Shown piece after piece: positions 54,435-64,000 of a stretch of DNA of 64,000 nt (within the stretch, counting starts at the first letter, position 1; every line of letters begins with the position of its first letter). The notes below the pieces were generated by a model, which made no database searches, was not told the origin of the DNA, and saw nothing but the letters and a program-made list of their open reading frames with translations. Source of the DNA: an uncultured virus (IMG/VR IMGVR_UViG_3300023180_000023) (lineage: Duplodnaviria; Heunggongvirae; Uroviricota; Caudoviricetes). The stretch lies in the IMG/VR virus record IMGVR_UViG_3300023180_000023; one strand, 5' to 3'. The position numbers and the translations under genes are program-made.

Positions 54435-56125
54435 TATCTATACTCCCACATATAACTAAGATCTCCATACTCACTTGTCTGCCCCATGTAAGATCCATTA
54501 CCATCTTCAGCAATATACCAAACGTTACCCTGACTATCGAGTTCCTCATAAGTCCCAAGACCATCATCAATAAACCCAAATGGTGACATGTCTTGTTCTA
54601 CTTGATTCTTTTGCTCTTCGTAGATTCTTCTTCTGACATCATTTTCAGTCAATTCTTTAAAATAATCTTGAGCACATAACCATGCAAAGATAACCAGGCA
54701 CATTGCAAGGTCATCATTACACCCTTCTTCTGCTTCAAAGGATTGTTTTTTCTGGATAAACGTAGTAAGTTCAGCAATGATATCGTAGTCAGACACCAAT
54801 AATTTATCGGTTTCAATCAATTGTTTCAGATTAGAACACCCAATCTTTTTAACAGTGGTGCTCATCTTTACACCAAGTTGTGTCTTAGAACCAGAGAATC
54901 CTTGACCGACTAATTGACCAGCACGACCCCTCATGGCACACATGAGAAGATTCTCATTTTCAAGATCATACTGTAGAATAGATGCTACTTGATCTCCAAT
55001 GTCATTAACTTCACAAAGGATAAATGCTTTGTTATAATTAGTTGCTACTTGGTGAATGATGTTTGGGAACACCATTGGTTTGATTGCATTGTTCCTGTAG
55101 ATTCCAACTACTTTATATGGAACTGTTGTAATATCATATAGGATAAATGCAGAGTAGTCATTATTAACACCACGAGAAACGTCAACCGTCATGAGGTACT
55201 CATGATTCTCAATTGGTTTTTCGTATATCTTCAATCCACCACTATCATGAATGGGTTGTTCATACGTCATTGTACGAAGTTTGGATGCTGAGATCAGCGT
55301 ATCAACCGATCCAAGGAATTCACATTCAAACTCCTGAGTGAACTGTCTTTCTGATGTGTTAGCAATGGTCTGCTTCTTCCATGCATCATCTCTTCCTGGA
55401 ACTTGAGACCAATGTACTTCAGTTCTAGTGTATTCATTTCTATTCAACTCTGAATCATGCCAGAGTTTATAGAACATATTCATCCCATTTGGGGTTGAGA
55501 TGATGATGACTTTTGTGCTTTTACCAGAAGAAATAGTAGGATAAACAGAACTAAAGAATTGCTCTGCAATATGGTTTGGAATGAAAGCGAACTCGTCGAG
55601 GAAGATGATATTAAACGACATGCCTCGGACAGCAGACGCAGATGTAGAAGCTGCCAATATCTTACTGCCATTTTCTAACTCCATGTTACCTTTGTTGTAC
55701 ACCACGATACCTTGCTGCAACCAGATCGGCAAGTTTTCGTAAGCAAGTTGTAACCTTCCTAAAAGTTCCCTAGCAGTGGATGCTTTGTTAGCAAGGATAC
55801 CAATTGTAACGTTATCATTAAAAATAGCATAATGTAACAGGTAAGAAACCACCGTAGTGGACTTACCTGTTTGGCGTGGTAGTTTTGCAATATTGAATCG
55901 GTTCTTATGGAACCTCCTAATCATATCTTCTTGAAAATCCCACATTTCAAATGGAACAAGACCATGATCAAGTGAAACAATTTTGATGTAATGTTTAGCA
56001 AAATATACAGGGTCTTGTTTACATTTTAAATATTCTTGGATTTGTTCTTGAGTGAAGTTAATTGCAACGTTCGCTCTTTTTAAATTGGGATTACCAAGAT
56101 AGATTTCATTAGGACTCAAACTCAT
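54434..56125 (-). CDS. gp17: Terminase large subunit
   Basis: PRQTGKST, LDEFAF, STPNG, DVSRG, NDDLAM. Confidence 0.98.
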   Translation of the reverse strand: MSLSPNEIYLGNPNLKRANVAINFTQEQIQEYLKCKQDPVYFAKHYIKIVSLDHGLVPFEMWDFQEDMIRRFHKNRFNIAKLPRQTGKSTTVVSYLLHYAIFNDNVTIGILANKASTARELLGRLQLAYENLPIWLQQGIVVYNKGNMELENGSKILAASTSASAVRGMSFNIIFLDEFAFIPNHIAEQFFSSVYPTISSGKSTKVIIISTPNGMNMFYKLWHDSELNRNEYTRTEVHWSQVPGRDDAWKKQTIANTSERQFTQEFECEFLGSVDTLISASKLRTMTYEQPIHDSGGLKIYEKPIENHEYLMTVDVSRGVNNDYSAFILYDITTVPYKVVGIYRNNAIKPMVFPNIIHQVATNYNKAFILCEVNDIGDQVASILQYDLENENLLMCAMRGRAGQLVGQGFSGSKTQLGVKMSTTVKKIGCSNLKQLIETDKLLVSDYDIIAELTTFIQKKQSFEAEEGCNDDLAMCLVIFAWLCAQDYFKELTENDVRRRIYEEQKNQVEQDMSPFGFIDDGLGTYEELDSQGNVWYIAEDGNGSYMGQTSEYGDLSYMWEYR

Positions 56126-56220
56126 TTTTTCTTACCGCCATTCTTTGCTTTCTTTGCTGTCGCATTCCCCTGATTCTGCTTCTTGTTGTTTGCAGATCCC
56201 TTGTTCTTTGCTTTCGACAT
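56122..56220 (-). CDS. Small Lys/Asn-rich basic peptide (32 aa)
   Basis: MSKAKNKGSANNKKQNQGNATAKKAKNGGKKK; ATGA coupling to gp17. Confidence 0.5.
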   Translation of the reverse strand: MSKAKNKGSANNKKQNQGNATAKKAKNGGKKK

Positions 56221-56329
56221 CATCCATCTCCTTGAATGCCATAATCAATATATAGGCAACACAATACGCTGTGAACGCTAGTCCACATGAGAGAAGTATG
56301 ATTACACTCCAAACAACTTCTACTCCCAT
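56132..56329 (-). CDS. Small membrane protein
   Basis: MGVEVVWSVIILLSCGLAFTAYCVAYILIM. Confidence 0.5.
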   Translation of the reverse strand: MGVEVVWSVIILLSCGLAFTAYCVAYILIMAFKEMDDVESKEQGICKQQEAESGECDSKESKEWR

Positions 56330-56469
56330 TTTGGAGGTTTCGCAGGACAACTCATGAAGGGCAACTTCGTTTTAAGTGGCATAAAACAACCACAAAGTTT
56401 GCACTGTTTGGTTTGCTCTTTAAAATGTTCGCAAGTTTTACAAATCTCGTAACGTTCGTCAGATGTCAT
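56320..56469 (-). CDS. Small Cys-rich metal-binding protein (49 aa)
   Basis: MTSDERYEICKTCEHFKEQTKQCKLCGCFMPLKTKLPFMSCPAKPPKWE. Confidence 0.7.
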   Translation of the reverse strand: MTSDERYEICKTCEHFKEQTKQCKLCGCFMPLKTKLPFMSCPAKPPKWE

Positions 56470-56488
56470 AATTTATAATCAGGTATAA

Positions 56489-56713
56489 TTATTTATCCCC
56501 AAAAGGATCGTCTTCTATTAATTGTGATAATCTTTTTTCCCAGGTAATCCCACTAGTAGATCCTTTGCATGGATTGATACATGTATCATCACCAAGTTTA
56601 TTACATACTAATCCAGCAAGATCGTGAGGGTCTCCCTCTTTCTGAGTTCCAGACCAATAGTGCTGTCCACCGATCCATGTTGCCCCACACTTGGGGCAAA
56701 TTTTAGTATCCAT
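56489..56713 (-). CDS. Cys-containing hypothetical protein
   Basis: CPKCGA.W...DLAGLVCN...CINPC. Confidence 0.7.
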   Translation of the reverse strand: MDTKICPKCGATWIGGQHYWSGTQKEGDPHDLAGLVCNKLGDDTCINPCKGSTSGITWEKRLSQLIEDDPFGDK

Positions 56714-56790
56714 GAGAATACTCCGCAAAGGAATATTCTATTTAGGAACACTGTATCATGCTGTAACAATAGTTACTTAAGTTATGTAAA

Positions 56791-57591
56791 TTATGGAGTT
56801 GAATTATCTACAATTATCATATCAAAGTGAGCATAGGTATCAACACCAGAAGAACCTGCCTTTGCTCTCAATTCAATATCAGTTTTCTCTGGGAAGTATA
56901 GCGGTGATGTAAATGTATGACTATAATGAACACCAGCAACTTGGAACAGATGCTGTGTTCTGAATACCTTGCCAAACAATCTGGACTTCAGAACAATAGT
57001 AATCTCTTCATTCTTTAGAGTGGTAGCATCTAAGTTGAACAGATAAGCACTCTTACCAGCAGGAACAGTGTAAAGAGACATCAAAGTTTGTTGTGCCTCA
57101 ATACCAATCTGTAGAACTACAGTAGCACCCTTTGATAATGTGAAGGCAGCACCTAATGCTTGTGATCCAGAACAGAACGCTCTGAATACACGCTTCCATA
57201 ATGTCTGTGTGGTTTGTGCTGTGCCATCAAGTGTGAGAACTTCTGTCGTTAGTTCCCAGTTTTCGTTGAGACCTTGAATGGTAACTTCTGCTCCGTTGTT
57301 TAGAACATCAGCATTTGTGGTAAGTGTGGTGGCAGCGGTATCCATGGTCGCCCAAGGATATAAGTTATTGCCATCCCAAATAGTTTCGTAAGATCCATTT
57401 GCTAGATCTGTGTTAGCACCAAACTTATGGACGTATTGGTATCCAGCAATCTGTCCGCCAGAGATGGGGATATTAGAAGCAGCACCAAACGAGTTGATGG
57501 GGTTGCCGTCTTCATCTCCAATCATCACTACTTCAAATAGTGATGTTCCGTTAGGTAAGTATGATTGAGTGCTTTTATTCCACTGTGCCAT
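56791..57591 (-). CDS. Putative virion structural protein
   Basis: MAQWNK, HKFG.N, YTVPAGK, EKTDIELRA. Confidence 0.7.
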   Translation of the reverse strand: MAQWNKSTQSYLPNGTSLFEVVMIGDEDGNPINSFGAASNIPISGGQIAGYQYVHKFGANTDLANGSYETIWDGNNLYPWATMDTAATTLTTNADVLNNGAEVTIQGLNENWELTTEVLTLDGTAQTTQTLWKRVFRAFCSGSQALGAAFTLSKGATVVLQIGIEAQQTLMSLYTVPAGKSAYLFNLDATTLKNEEITIVLKSRLFGKVFRTQHLFQVAGVHYSHTFTSPLYFPEKTDIELRAKAGSSGVDTYAHFDMIIVDNSTP

Positions 57592-57597
57592 TTTTTA

Positions 57598-57846
57598 TCA
57601 AGCGAGGTATGCTACGGGTGTTGCCCAAACTTCAGCAGTGGCACCTGTGGTTGCTTGCAGAGTTTCATCATACTCTTTTCTGATGAGTACTCTTTCTCCC
57701 GCAGCAATCCACAGATTATTGCCGTTGCTGTTAACAATAAGAACAGGAACAGTATTAGTATTAATTACAGATACAATAGTTGCATCTCCAACTAAATTTG
57801 CACCTGCTTGGATATCTACCGATAACCCTTTTGTCTTGAGAATCAT
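57598..57846 (-). CDS. Hypothetical (possibly structural) protein
   Basis: ORF with late box upstream. Confidence 0.65.
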   Translation of the reverse strand: MILKTKGLSVDIQAGANLVGDATIVSVINTNTVPVLIVNSNGNNLWIAAGERVLIRKEYDETLQATTGATAEVWATPVAYLA

Positions 57847-57863
57847 CTTACTAAGTTTTATTA

Positions 57864-58283
57864 TTATTTATTATCTAGGAGACCTTGCTTGATCAGTTTA
57901 GACAATTCTGCAGTTGATCCAACAAACAAGGCATTGTTGTTGGTAACCTTCTGCTTGGACTTAGGACCTTCTTCAAGATCCTGCATCTTCTGCTGCAAGG
58001 CAATCAGTTTCTCAGTGGCGTCAGAAACACTCTTAACGAGTTGTCCAGCGACTTCAAACGCTCTTGGGTGGTCTGTGTTATTTGCCACGTCTAAGATGCC
58101 TGAGAGCGCCTCCTGCCCCTTCTCTATGACATCATAGAGTTGACTCCTGGAATATTCGTAATCTTTTTTGATGTCTGCTTCAACATCAACAATACGTTCT
58201 TTCTTCTTTGGTTTTTCTTCTTTAGTAGAGACAATCTCTGTCTCTACATTTAAACTATCTGCAATACCATCGTATTCATTCAT
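57864..58283 (-). CDS. gp16: Terminase small subunit
   Basis: DYEYSR..LY, HPRAFEV, NNALFVGSTAEL. Confidence 0.93.
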   Translation of the reverse strand: MNEYDGIADSLNVETEIVSTKEEKPKKKERIVDVEADIKKDYEYSRSQLYDVIEKGQEALSGILDVANNTDHPRAFEVAGQLVKSVSDATEKLIALQQKMQDLEEGPKSKQKVTNNNALFVGSTAELSKLIKQGLLDNK

Positions 58284-59083
58284 AGGTCTTCAAAGAATGA
58301 GGAAGTTTCATTAAATCCAAAGTCATCTCCAGGAAGCAGAAGTGAATCGTCAATGGTGTCTACTACACCATCATTATTCTTATCTTCTAGTGCCTTAGGT
58401 GTTACTTCATATTGTCTGTAACGACCTGGAGTATTAAGATCAGTTGTGGTATACTGCTTTGCAATTGCTTTCTTAATCAAACCTGTATCTGTGGTAGGAC
58501 CATAGATATAAGTTTTCATAGTGAATGTAAGAGTATAGATTAGAGATCTTCTAGTGTCAAAATCTCCTTCATAGTTATCATCAAATACGATATCTTTTAA
58601 TACAATAGGAACATCTCTAACAATATTTGCTTCCTTTACTAACTCAACTGAGAGATTAAAAGATGGTTGAAAATATGGAAGAATTTGTTCTGTAATTTGC
58701 AGAGCATCATCTTGCGTCTTTGCAAGAACGTTTAATTCAAAATCAATATTATATGGAACTGGAACATATGTTTTCTTAGTTCCTTCTTCGTCAGAAGTTA
58801 AACAAAACTGAACTGGACTTTGCTTTCTTCCTGGATCATAACTAACACCTGTCATTTGGAATGAAATCCTAGGAAGTGTGATAGCATTGGGTCTACCAAG
58901 ATCTGGTTGCTCAGTTAAACGAGCGAGAAATTTCTGACGTGGACCATATGCCAAAGGAACTTTCATTCTTTGGTATACTGTTCCGTCTTCGTTAAATTTA
59001 CGAATTTCTATATTATTAAACAGAGTACCAAATCCAACGACACTCTTTCTAATAATCTGATTATAGTGATAAGTTCCTAACAT
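58280..59083 (-). CDS. gp15: Tail sheath stabiliser / terminator protein
   Basis: FGTLFNNI, VPLAYGP.QKFL, EQILPYFQP. Confidence 0.94.
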   Translation of the reverse strand: MLGTYHYNQIIRKSVVGFGTLFNNIEIRKFNEDGTVYQRMKVPLAYGPRQKFLARLTEQPDLGRPNAITLPRISFQMTGVSYDPGRKQSPVQFCLTSDEEGTKKTYVPVPYNIDFELNVLAKTQDDALQITEQILPYFQPSFNLSVELVKEANIVRDVPIVLKDIVFDDNYEGDFDTRRSLIYTLTFTMKTYIYGPTTDTGLIKKAIAKQYTTTDLNTPGRYRQYEVTPKALEDKNNDGVVDTIDDSLLLPGDDFGFNETSSFFEDL

Positions 59084-59085
59084 AA

Positions 59086-59955
59086 CTAGTTCCTATTTCC
59101 AAATTCTCCAAATGGGTTACGCTCTGTAAAATCTAAAATTTCATCTCCAAGGGTTTCAAACTCAAAGTTTTGAGAATAAGGATCCTTGATATGAATATCA
59201 TCAAAGCTAGAAATATTTATAGAGAATCCAGATTCCTCTCCTGTGAGAGTTTCTCCAACAACAAATTCTCCATTAGGTGCTCTAAGTTCAACATAAAATT
59301 CAGATGGATTCCAATCATTAATCATTGCTTGAGAACCACTATTTGATCCTATGACCATTTCACCTAAACGTGGTTCGCCAGATAGAGTTGCTTCATCATA
59401 AAAATATTTAATAATATATCCTTCATCTTCTTGAGTTTCAAAAATATTACCACCAGCAGTTTCATTTTGATATTCATAAAGTTCACATTTGATCTGATAT
59501 GTATACAATGTTCCAAACTGATAGAATGGAACTTCATGCTCTACAAATTTAATTTCAAATAAATTATCAGATAATGGGAAGTAAATTAAATCTCCTTCTT
59601 GTGGTCTATATCCAACTTCAATACCTTCAACACCAACCATTTGAACAGCGATGAAATCTTGAAACATTTGACGAGATAATGTCAAAGTAACTTCATCTGT
59701 TGATCGGATTCCAAATTTAGTTAAGATATCCCCATTACCTTGAAATCCCTCATAGTTTTCAAAGTATGCATAAGTTAAAAATGAATCATCAAATTCAGAT
59801 ATAATCTCTTCGTTTAAGATTGTATCTTTACGAATTAATTTTCTTGGAATGTATAAAATATCTAACCCAAACATTTTGATGAATTCCTCTACCAGCGAAT
59901 GCTGTAAGAGTTGTTCATTTCTTGTACCGTGAGTAAAATAAGTATTCTTTGCCAT
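59086..59955 (-). CDS. gp14: Neck protein
   Basis: RPQEGDLIYFP, FVEHE.PFYQ, DFTERNPFG. Confidence 0.94.
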   Translation of the reverse strand: MAKNTYFTHGTRNEQLLQHSLVEEFIKMFGLDILYIPRKLIRKDTILNEEIISEFDDSFLTYAYFENYEGFQGNGDILTKFGIRSTDEVTLTLSRQMFQDFIAVQMVGVEGIEVGYRPQEGDLIYFPLSDNLFEIKFVEHEVPFYQFGTLYTYQIKCELYEYQNETAGGNIFETQEDEGYIIKYFYDEATLSGEPRLGEMVIGSNSGSQAMINDWNPSEFYVELRAPNGEFVVGETLTGEESGFSINISSFDDIHIKDPYSQNFEFETLGDEILDFTERNPFGEFGNRN

Positions 59956-59956
59956 C

Positions 59957-60760
59957 TTATCCGATCATATCTAGAGGTGGAAGTTCATACTTAGATGTCA
60001 TCTCCTCTTCAATTTTTGCAAGTTCTCCAACTGCATCATCATATAATTGTCTGCCATTCATAGTAATTCCACCAGGAAGTTGTGCTCCTTGGAATTTGAT
60101 GAGATTCTGTCCCCACTGCCTTTTGATTAGTGCAGTAGTATACAACTTTAAAAAGGGATCGTTGTAAACTTGCGAGTAAGATGATGGATCCAACAGACGA
60201 TAGCAATCAATAATTACAAACTCTCCTTCATCAATTTGCTTAACATCAATATCCATATACAGACGATCTTGACGACGATTAAATCTGTAAGGAATAAATG
60301 ATCCATTATTTAAAACCATATCTAGTGTCTCAAGATATGATTTAGTCATATAATAACTAAGAATATCAACTGAACCAAATTGATAAAGATCATTAAGGAA
60401 CAGTTGATATTCTAATCCAAATAAGTTACTTCTAATATTGCTTCCTTTCACTCCAAATACTTTATTGACACCCAACACTTGTGGTGGAATATCGATATAG
60501 TTATCTCTTTCAATCCAATCAGTAGTATTGATTGTTGTTGTAGTGTTACTTGAAGTAAATCGAGTAACATCATCAGCAGTAAACTGATGCTTCAAGAACA
60601 TCCTTTCTACACCATCAAAGTGGCGCTCTTGGAATAACTGAATTGCATCATCGATTAAATCATCAATCTGGTCATCATCTACGTTGATTTCCAGAACTGG
60701 TTTACCTAATCGGCGTAAGCAATATTGCTTTAATTCTTCTCTAGTTGTGGGTTGCGCCAT
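59957..60760 (-). CDS. gp13: Neck protein
   Basis: YCLRRLG.PV.EINV, KRQWGQNLIKF, LPGGITMNG. Confidence 0.95.
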   Translation of the reverse strand: MAQPTTREELKQYCLRRLGKPVLEINVDDDQIDDLIDDAIQLFQERHFDGVERMFLKHQFTADDVTRFTSSNTTTTINTTDWIERDNYIDIPPQVLGVNKVFGVKGSNIRSNLFGLEYQLFLNDLYQFGSVDILSYYMTKSYLETLDMVLNNGSFIPYRFNRRQDRLYMDIDVKQIDEGEFVIIDCYRLLDPSSYSQVYNDPFLKLYTTALIKRQWGQNLIKFQGAQLPGGITMNGRQLYDDAVGELAKIEEEMTSKYELPPLDMIG

Positions 60761-60771
60761 TTATACGCATT

Positions 60772-60803
60772 AAAAAGTCCTCTACTATATTTAGCAGAGG
60801 ACT
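60772..60803 (-). terminator. Terminator hairpin containing a late box (CTAAATA)
   Basis: AGTCCTCTG-ctaaatatag-TAGAGGACTTTTT. Confidence 0.65.
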
Positions 60804-60809
60804 AATTTA

Positions 60810-61028
60810 TCAACCGTTAACGTGTCCTTGAATCAATTCTTCTTGACCAGAATTGAGTTCTTGTCCACCGTCTCCGTCTTGTTTCGCCATACGAAGTCCT
60901 TCAATGGCACCTTGCAATCTAAAGAACTCTTCTTTCTTTTGAGCGATTGCTCCGTCCATATCACGGATTTCGTCTACGAGATCTTTCAGGTTCTTTTCAA
61001 AACGCTTAATCATTTCGTCAATTGTCAT
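60810..61028 (-). CDS. Small coiled-coil protein
   Basis: FFRLQGAIEGL; TATAAATA upstream. Confidence 0.7.
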   Translation of the reverse strand: MTIDEMIKRFEKNLKDLVDEIRDMDGAIAQKKEEFFRLQGAIEGLRMAKQDGDGGQELNSGQEELIQGHVNG

Positions 61029-61078
61029 TGGATCCTCCTATAAAATTGTATATTGGTCATGACACTTCTATTTATACA

Positions 61079-64000
61079 TCAATCATCTGGGTCATCAATG
61101 TCCTCTGGTGGTTGTGCTTGACCATCAAACATGTTGGACTTGTTCTCGGGTTCTTCAGCAAGGAACGCTTCATATGTTGGATAATCATCTCCAGGGCGGC
61201 GATGTCTATCTGGTTCAAGGATAGTTCTACCTTCATCATCAGTCCAGTTTGCTTCTCTAATCTTAGCATCCTGACGTTCGGCAACAACCATCCAATCGAT
61301 GGTGTCAGTACATGCAGGATCTTGTGCTTCGATAGTAACAATACCTGCTGCAGTGACTGTAGCACGAACTGGTGTCCATCCTTGGTTATTGACAACAAAT
61401 ACTTGAGGATCTCTACAAAGAAGTTCCCATGTACCTGGAGTCATTCCAACTGCAACGTCAATATTGACAGTAGCAGTTCCATTAACAAGTGCAACCTTAT
61501 CTCTATAAATCAGATCAGGACGTGGACCCTCAACGAATGAGTGAACCAGATCTTTGGTTTCATTCAGTTCTGGCAGTGGGTGTGGGATGCGGAACGTACC
61601 AGATCCCTTAGTCAGAGTGCCTGCATGATATGCATCACCATTTGATCTGAAGTAGTGATAAAGGTTACCTGACCACTCACCGCAACTGTATCCAGAACAA
61701 GAGTAACCATAGATAGCAAATTCTTCATTGCTATCATCATTAAGGTGAAGTTCTAATCTAGAGACGTTACCAGATGGAGTTACAAATCTGAAACCGTATG
61801 GGTCAGAGTTTGTACCATAACCTGTCTGACGGAATCTAATAGTGTTAGTGGTGATTGTTGGAACACGCATCTCACCCGTGACATCCAAGTTAATACCAGA
61901 CGCTGGGTTTGTGCCGATACCAACACGACCAGAGAAGTAGTTCTGATCTTCATTTCTTACATACAGACCATAACGATACGACAAGTTAGTTGGATTATTT
62001 CCTGCACTATCTGTGGTGCCAACTGAGAATGTTAGTCCTCTAATATCGAAGTTGATGTACATGCCACGCATGTTGTAGCAGTTACCACCATCCATTCTGG
62101 TGTAAATATACGCACCGTAGGAAGCATTAACTGTAGTTCCTCTTACTCTCTCTTCAGCGTCAACACCAACTCTATTATAAGTGTAAATACCGCACTTCCA
62201 GTTAGTTCTAGAACTATATCTAGTATCTTGATAGTTATACCAACCGATCATCTGCCCAACATAACCAGCACCCTGAGAAGCAGAGTTCAATCCATTATAT
62301 TGATCACTATTCATAACATACATGTTATCAACACGACCATTAGAATAGTTTCTATTATAATTTTTGAAACCATACATATTCACCCATCTACCACCGTAGA
62401 TGTTATATGAAAGTGATCTAATACCCTCAGAATATCCAATATATGCATTCGCATAGTTTCTCTTATCAAGATAACCATGACGTGAATATGCATATGTCAG
62501 GTTTGGATACCAACTATCAAGGAACATGTCTTGTTGGTTACCATTAGCACCATACATGATAGCGCCATAGTTCTGCCAACTCATAGAGAAGTCAGAATAT
62601 ACACCAATTTGACCAGTGTTGGTAATATTGTATGTAGAACTTCTTGTGGTGTCTACATAGAGTGCTTTACCACGCTCACCTGTACCTGCACCATTAGCGG
62701 GAACGGTTGTCGAATAAGGCAGTGCAGTTCCTTGTGGTGGGAGATAGTAACAAGTAAATCTATCGTTCCAACCAACATCAAGAGCAACGTTTGCACCAGT
62801 GCCAGTGTTAAAAAGTCCAAGGCGATTCCAACGTCCTTTTACTCTTGCATTTGCTGGGCAATTGAATGTAAAGGTAGTATTTACAGTTCCACCTGCTTGC
62901 TCTGCAAAGTTATAAGTTCCTGCAGCAGTTGGAGTTTGAGTTGTAGCAAGTTCATCCCAACCTGGGTTTCTTACTCTTAAAAGGAATCTTTCTGGATATG
63001 GATTTGTATCTGAAGAATCTGGTCTATAGCAGTTAATGTTTCTATTAAATGTACCAGAGTTTGCCCAATCAGTATCACCTTCTCCACCATTGGTTCCACC
63101 TGCTGCTGTACCAAGACCAGTGTTTACCAGAGTTAGTCCTTGGTTATACATGAACTTATGACCTTCTGCTGCTCCAGTCATGGAGTTTGCAGTGGTTGGT
63201 TCAACATAAACCCAGCAGTTTTGATCTACGTTATTAAAAGTAAATACTCCAGTTCCAACACCATTTTCATCAAGAACTTCCGTTGCAGTTCTATTGTAGT
63301 TTAAAATCTCAATCTTAAGAATTCTATATCCGTCATCATCATAGTTTGCTCCAATAGGACCATACTGCTTTAATACATCTGCAGCAACAATCTTAGAGTC
63401 ACCAGTGTTTACACCTTCACCTGTTGTAACAGAAGCAATGTTTGTATAGTAAATTGGTCTACCACCTTGAGTAGAACCTGAGGTTGCCTCAAAGTATCTA
63501 CTCCAGTTTCTGTAGTATCCAACTGTTCTATGTAAATATTGAGTACGCCATGAATGCATTTGACGGTTATTGTAATAACCTAACCAATATGTCAAGGACC
63601 AACCCGAATTTCGGTAGTCCATTTGCCAATACCCACGAAGCATATCTGAAGTCGATGGACCCCAGTACATAATGCCAACATTGCTACGTAATCTTGTAGC
63701 ACCATTTACATCGAGTTTTGCATAACCATCAAAACTACCAGTAAGATTAATAGCAGCTCTGTAACTATCAAGATAGAAGATATCTCTTAATTGTTCTGTA
63801 GAACTATCATAGTTTCTGCCGTATGCTCTAAATCTCCACTGCTCTGGTCCAATCTTATCAGATCTTGAACGCATCCAAAGTGCTTCGTTAGTACCACCAG
63901 ATTGATTGGAAGGTACTCTCCATCTAAAATACCAATAGTTAGCATCAGTTTGAGTTGTAAATCTCCAGCGATACTCGCCATTGCTGGATCTTAATTCTGG
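61079..64000 (-). CDS. Tail fibre / long structural protein with C-terminal intramolecular-chaperone-like domain (5' end outside window)
   Basis: Frame open to the window edge (PELRSSNGEYRW...); GRVGIGT motif, N/Y/G-rich beta repeats, KGSGTFRIPHPL...WMVVAERQD tail. Confidence 0.8.
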   Translation of the reverse strand, partial: PELRSSNGEYRWRFTTQTDANYWYFRWRVPSNQSGGTNEALWMRSRSDKIGPEQWRFRAYGRNYDSSTEQLRDIFYLDSYRAAINLTGSFDGYAKLDVNGATRLRSNVGIMYWGPSTSDMLRGYWQMDYRNSGWSLTYWLGYYNNRQMHSWRTQYLHRTVGYYRNWSRYFEATSGSTQGGRPIYYTNIASVTTGEGVNTGDSKIVAADVLKQYGPIGANYDDDGYRILKIEILNYNRTATEVLDENGVGTGVFTFNNVDQNCWVYVEPTTANSMTGAAEGHKFMYNQGLTLVNTGLGTAAGGTNGGEGDTDWANSGTFNRNINCYRPDSSDTNPYPERFLLRVRNPGWDELATTQTPTAAGTYNFAEQAGGTVNTTFTFNCPANARVKGRWNRLGLFNTGTGANVALDVGWNDRFTCYYLPPQGTALPYSTTVPANGAGTGERGKALYVDTTRSSTYNITNTGQIGVYSDFSMSWQNYGAIMYGANGNQQDMFLDSWYPNLTYAYSRHGYLDKRNYANAYIGYSEGIRSLSYNIYGGRWVNMYGFKNYNRNYSNGRVDNMYVMNSDQYNGLNSASQGAGYVGQMIGWYNYQDTRYSSRTNWKCGIYTYNRVGVDAEERVRGTTVNASYGAYIYTRMDGGNCYNMRGMYINFDIRGLTFSVGTTDSAGNNPTNLSYRYGLYVRNEDQNYFSGRVGIGTNPASGINLDVTGEMRVPTITTNTIRFRQTGYGTNSDPYGFRFVTPSGNVSRLELHLNDDSNEEFAIYGYSCSGYSCGEWSGNLYHYFRSNGDAYHAGTLTKGSGTFRIPHPLPELNETKDLVHSFVEGPRPDLIYRDKVALVNGTATVNIDVAVGMTPGTWELLCRDPQVFVVNNQGWTPVRATVTAAGIVTIEAQDPACTDTIDWMVVAERQDAKIREANWTDDEGRTILEPDRHRRPGDDYPTYEAFLAEEPENKSNMFDGQAQPPEDIDDPDD

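Overview
A 64-kb segment of a T4-like cyanomyovirus (marine Synechococcus/Prochlorococcus phage). Almost all genes are on the - strand. Read in transcription order (right to left), the window holds: the C-terminal part of a tail fibre; the neck, terminase, tail and head module (gp13-gp23, gp3); uvsY, uvsW, gp55, gp47 and gp46; a vWA protein with cobS and pebS; the replication block (gp45, speD, gp44, a nuclease-like gene, a DNA adenine methylase, gp62, regA, hsp20, gp43, uvsX, gp41, mazG, gp61, nrdA, nrdB); four tRNAs around a large structured RNA; and an auxiliary-metabolism island (cpeT, two hli, petF, thioredoxin, psbA). The most interesting signals are non-coding: two stand-alone late-promoter/terminator small-RNA units (one a pseudoknot), a three-module manA-like RNA, a ROSE-like thermometer on hsp20, HLR1-like boxes on hli and psbA, and a perfect sigma70 promoter firing antisense into uvsW. 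Notable genes are an orphan Pol-beta-type nucleotidyltransferase among Sm-like paralogues and a methylase/nuclease-like pair. All calls come from reading motifs by eye; no searches were run.
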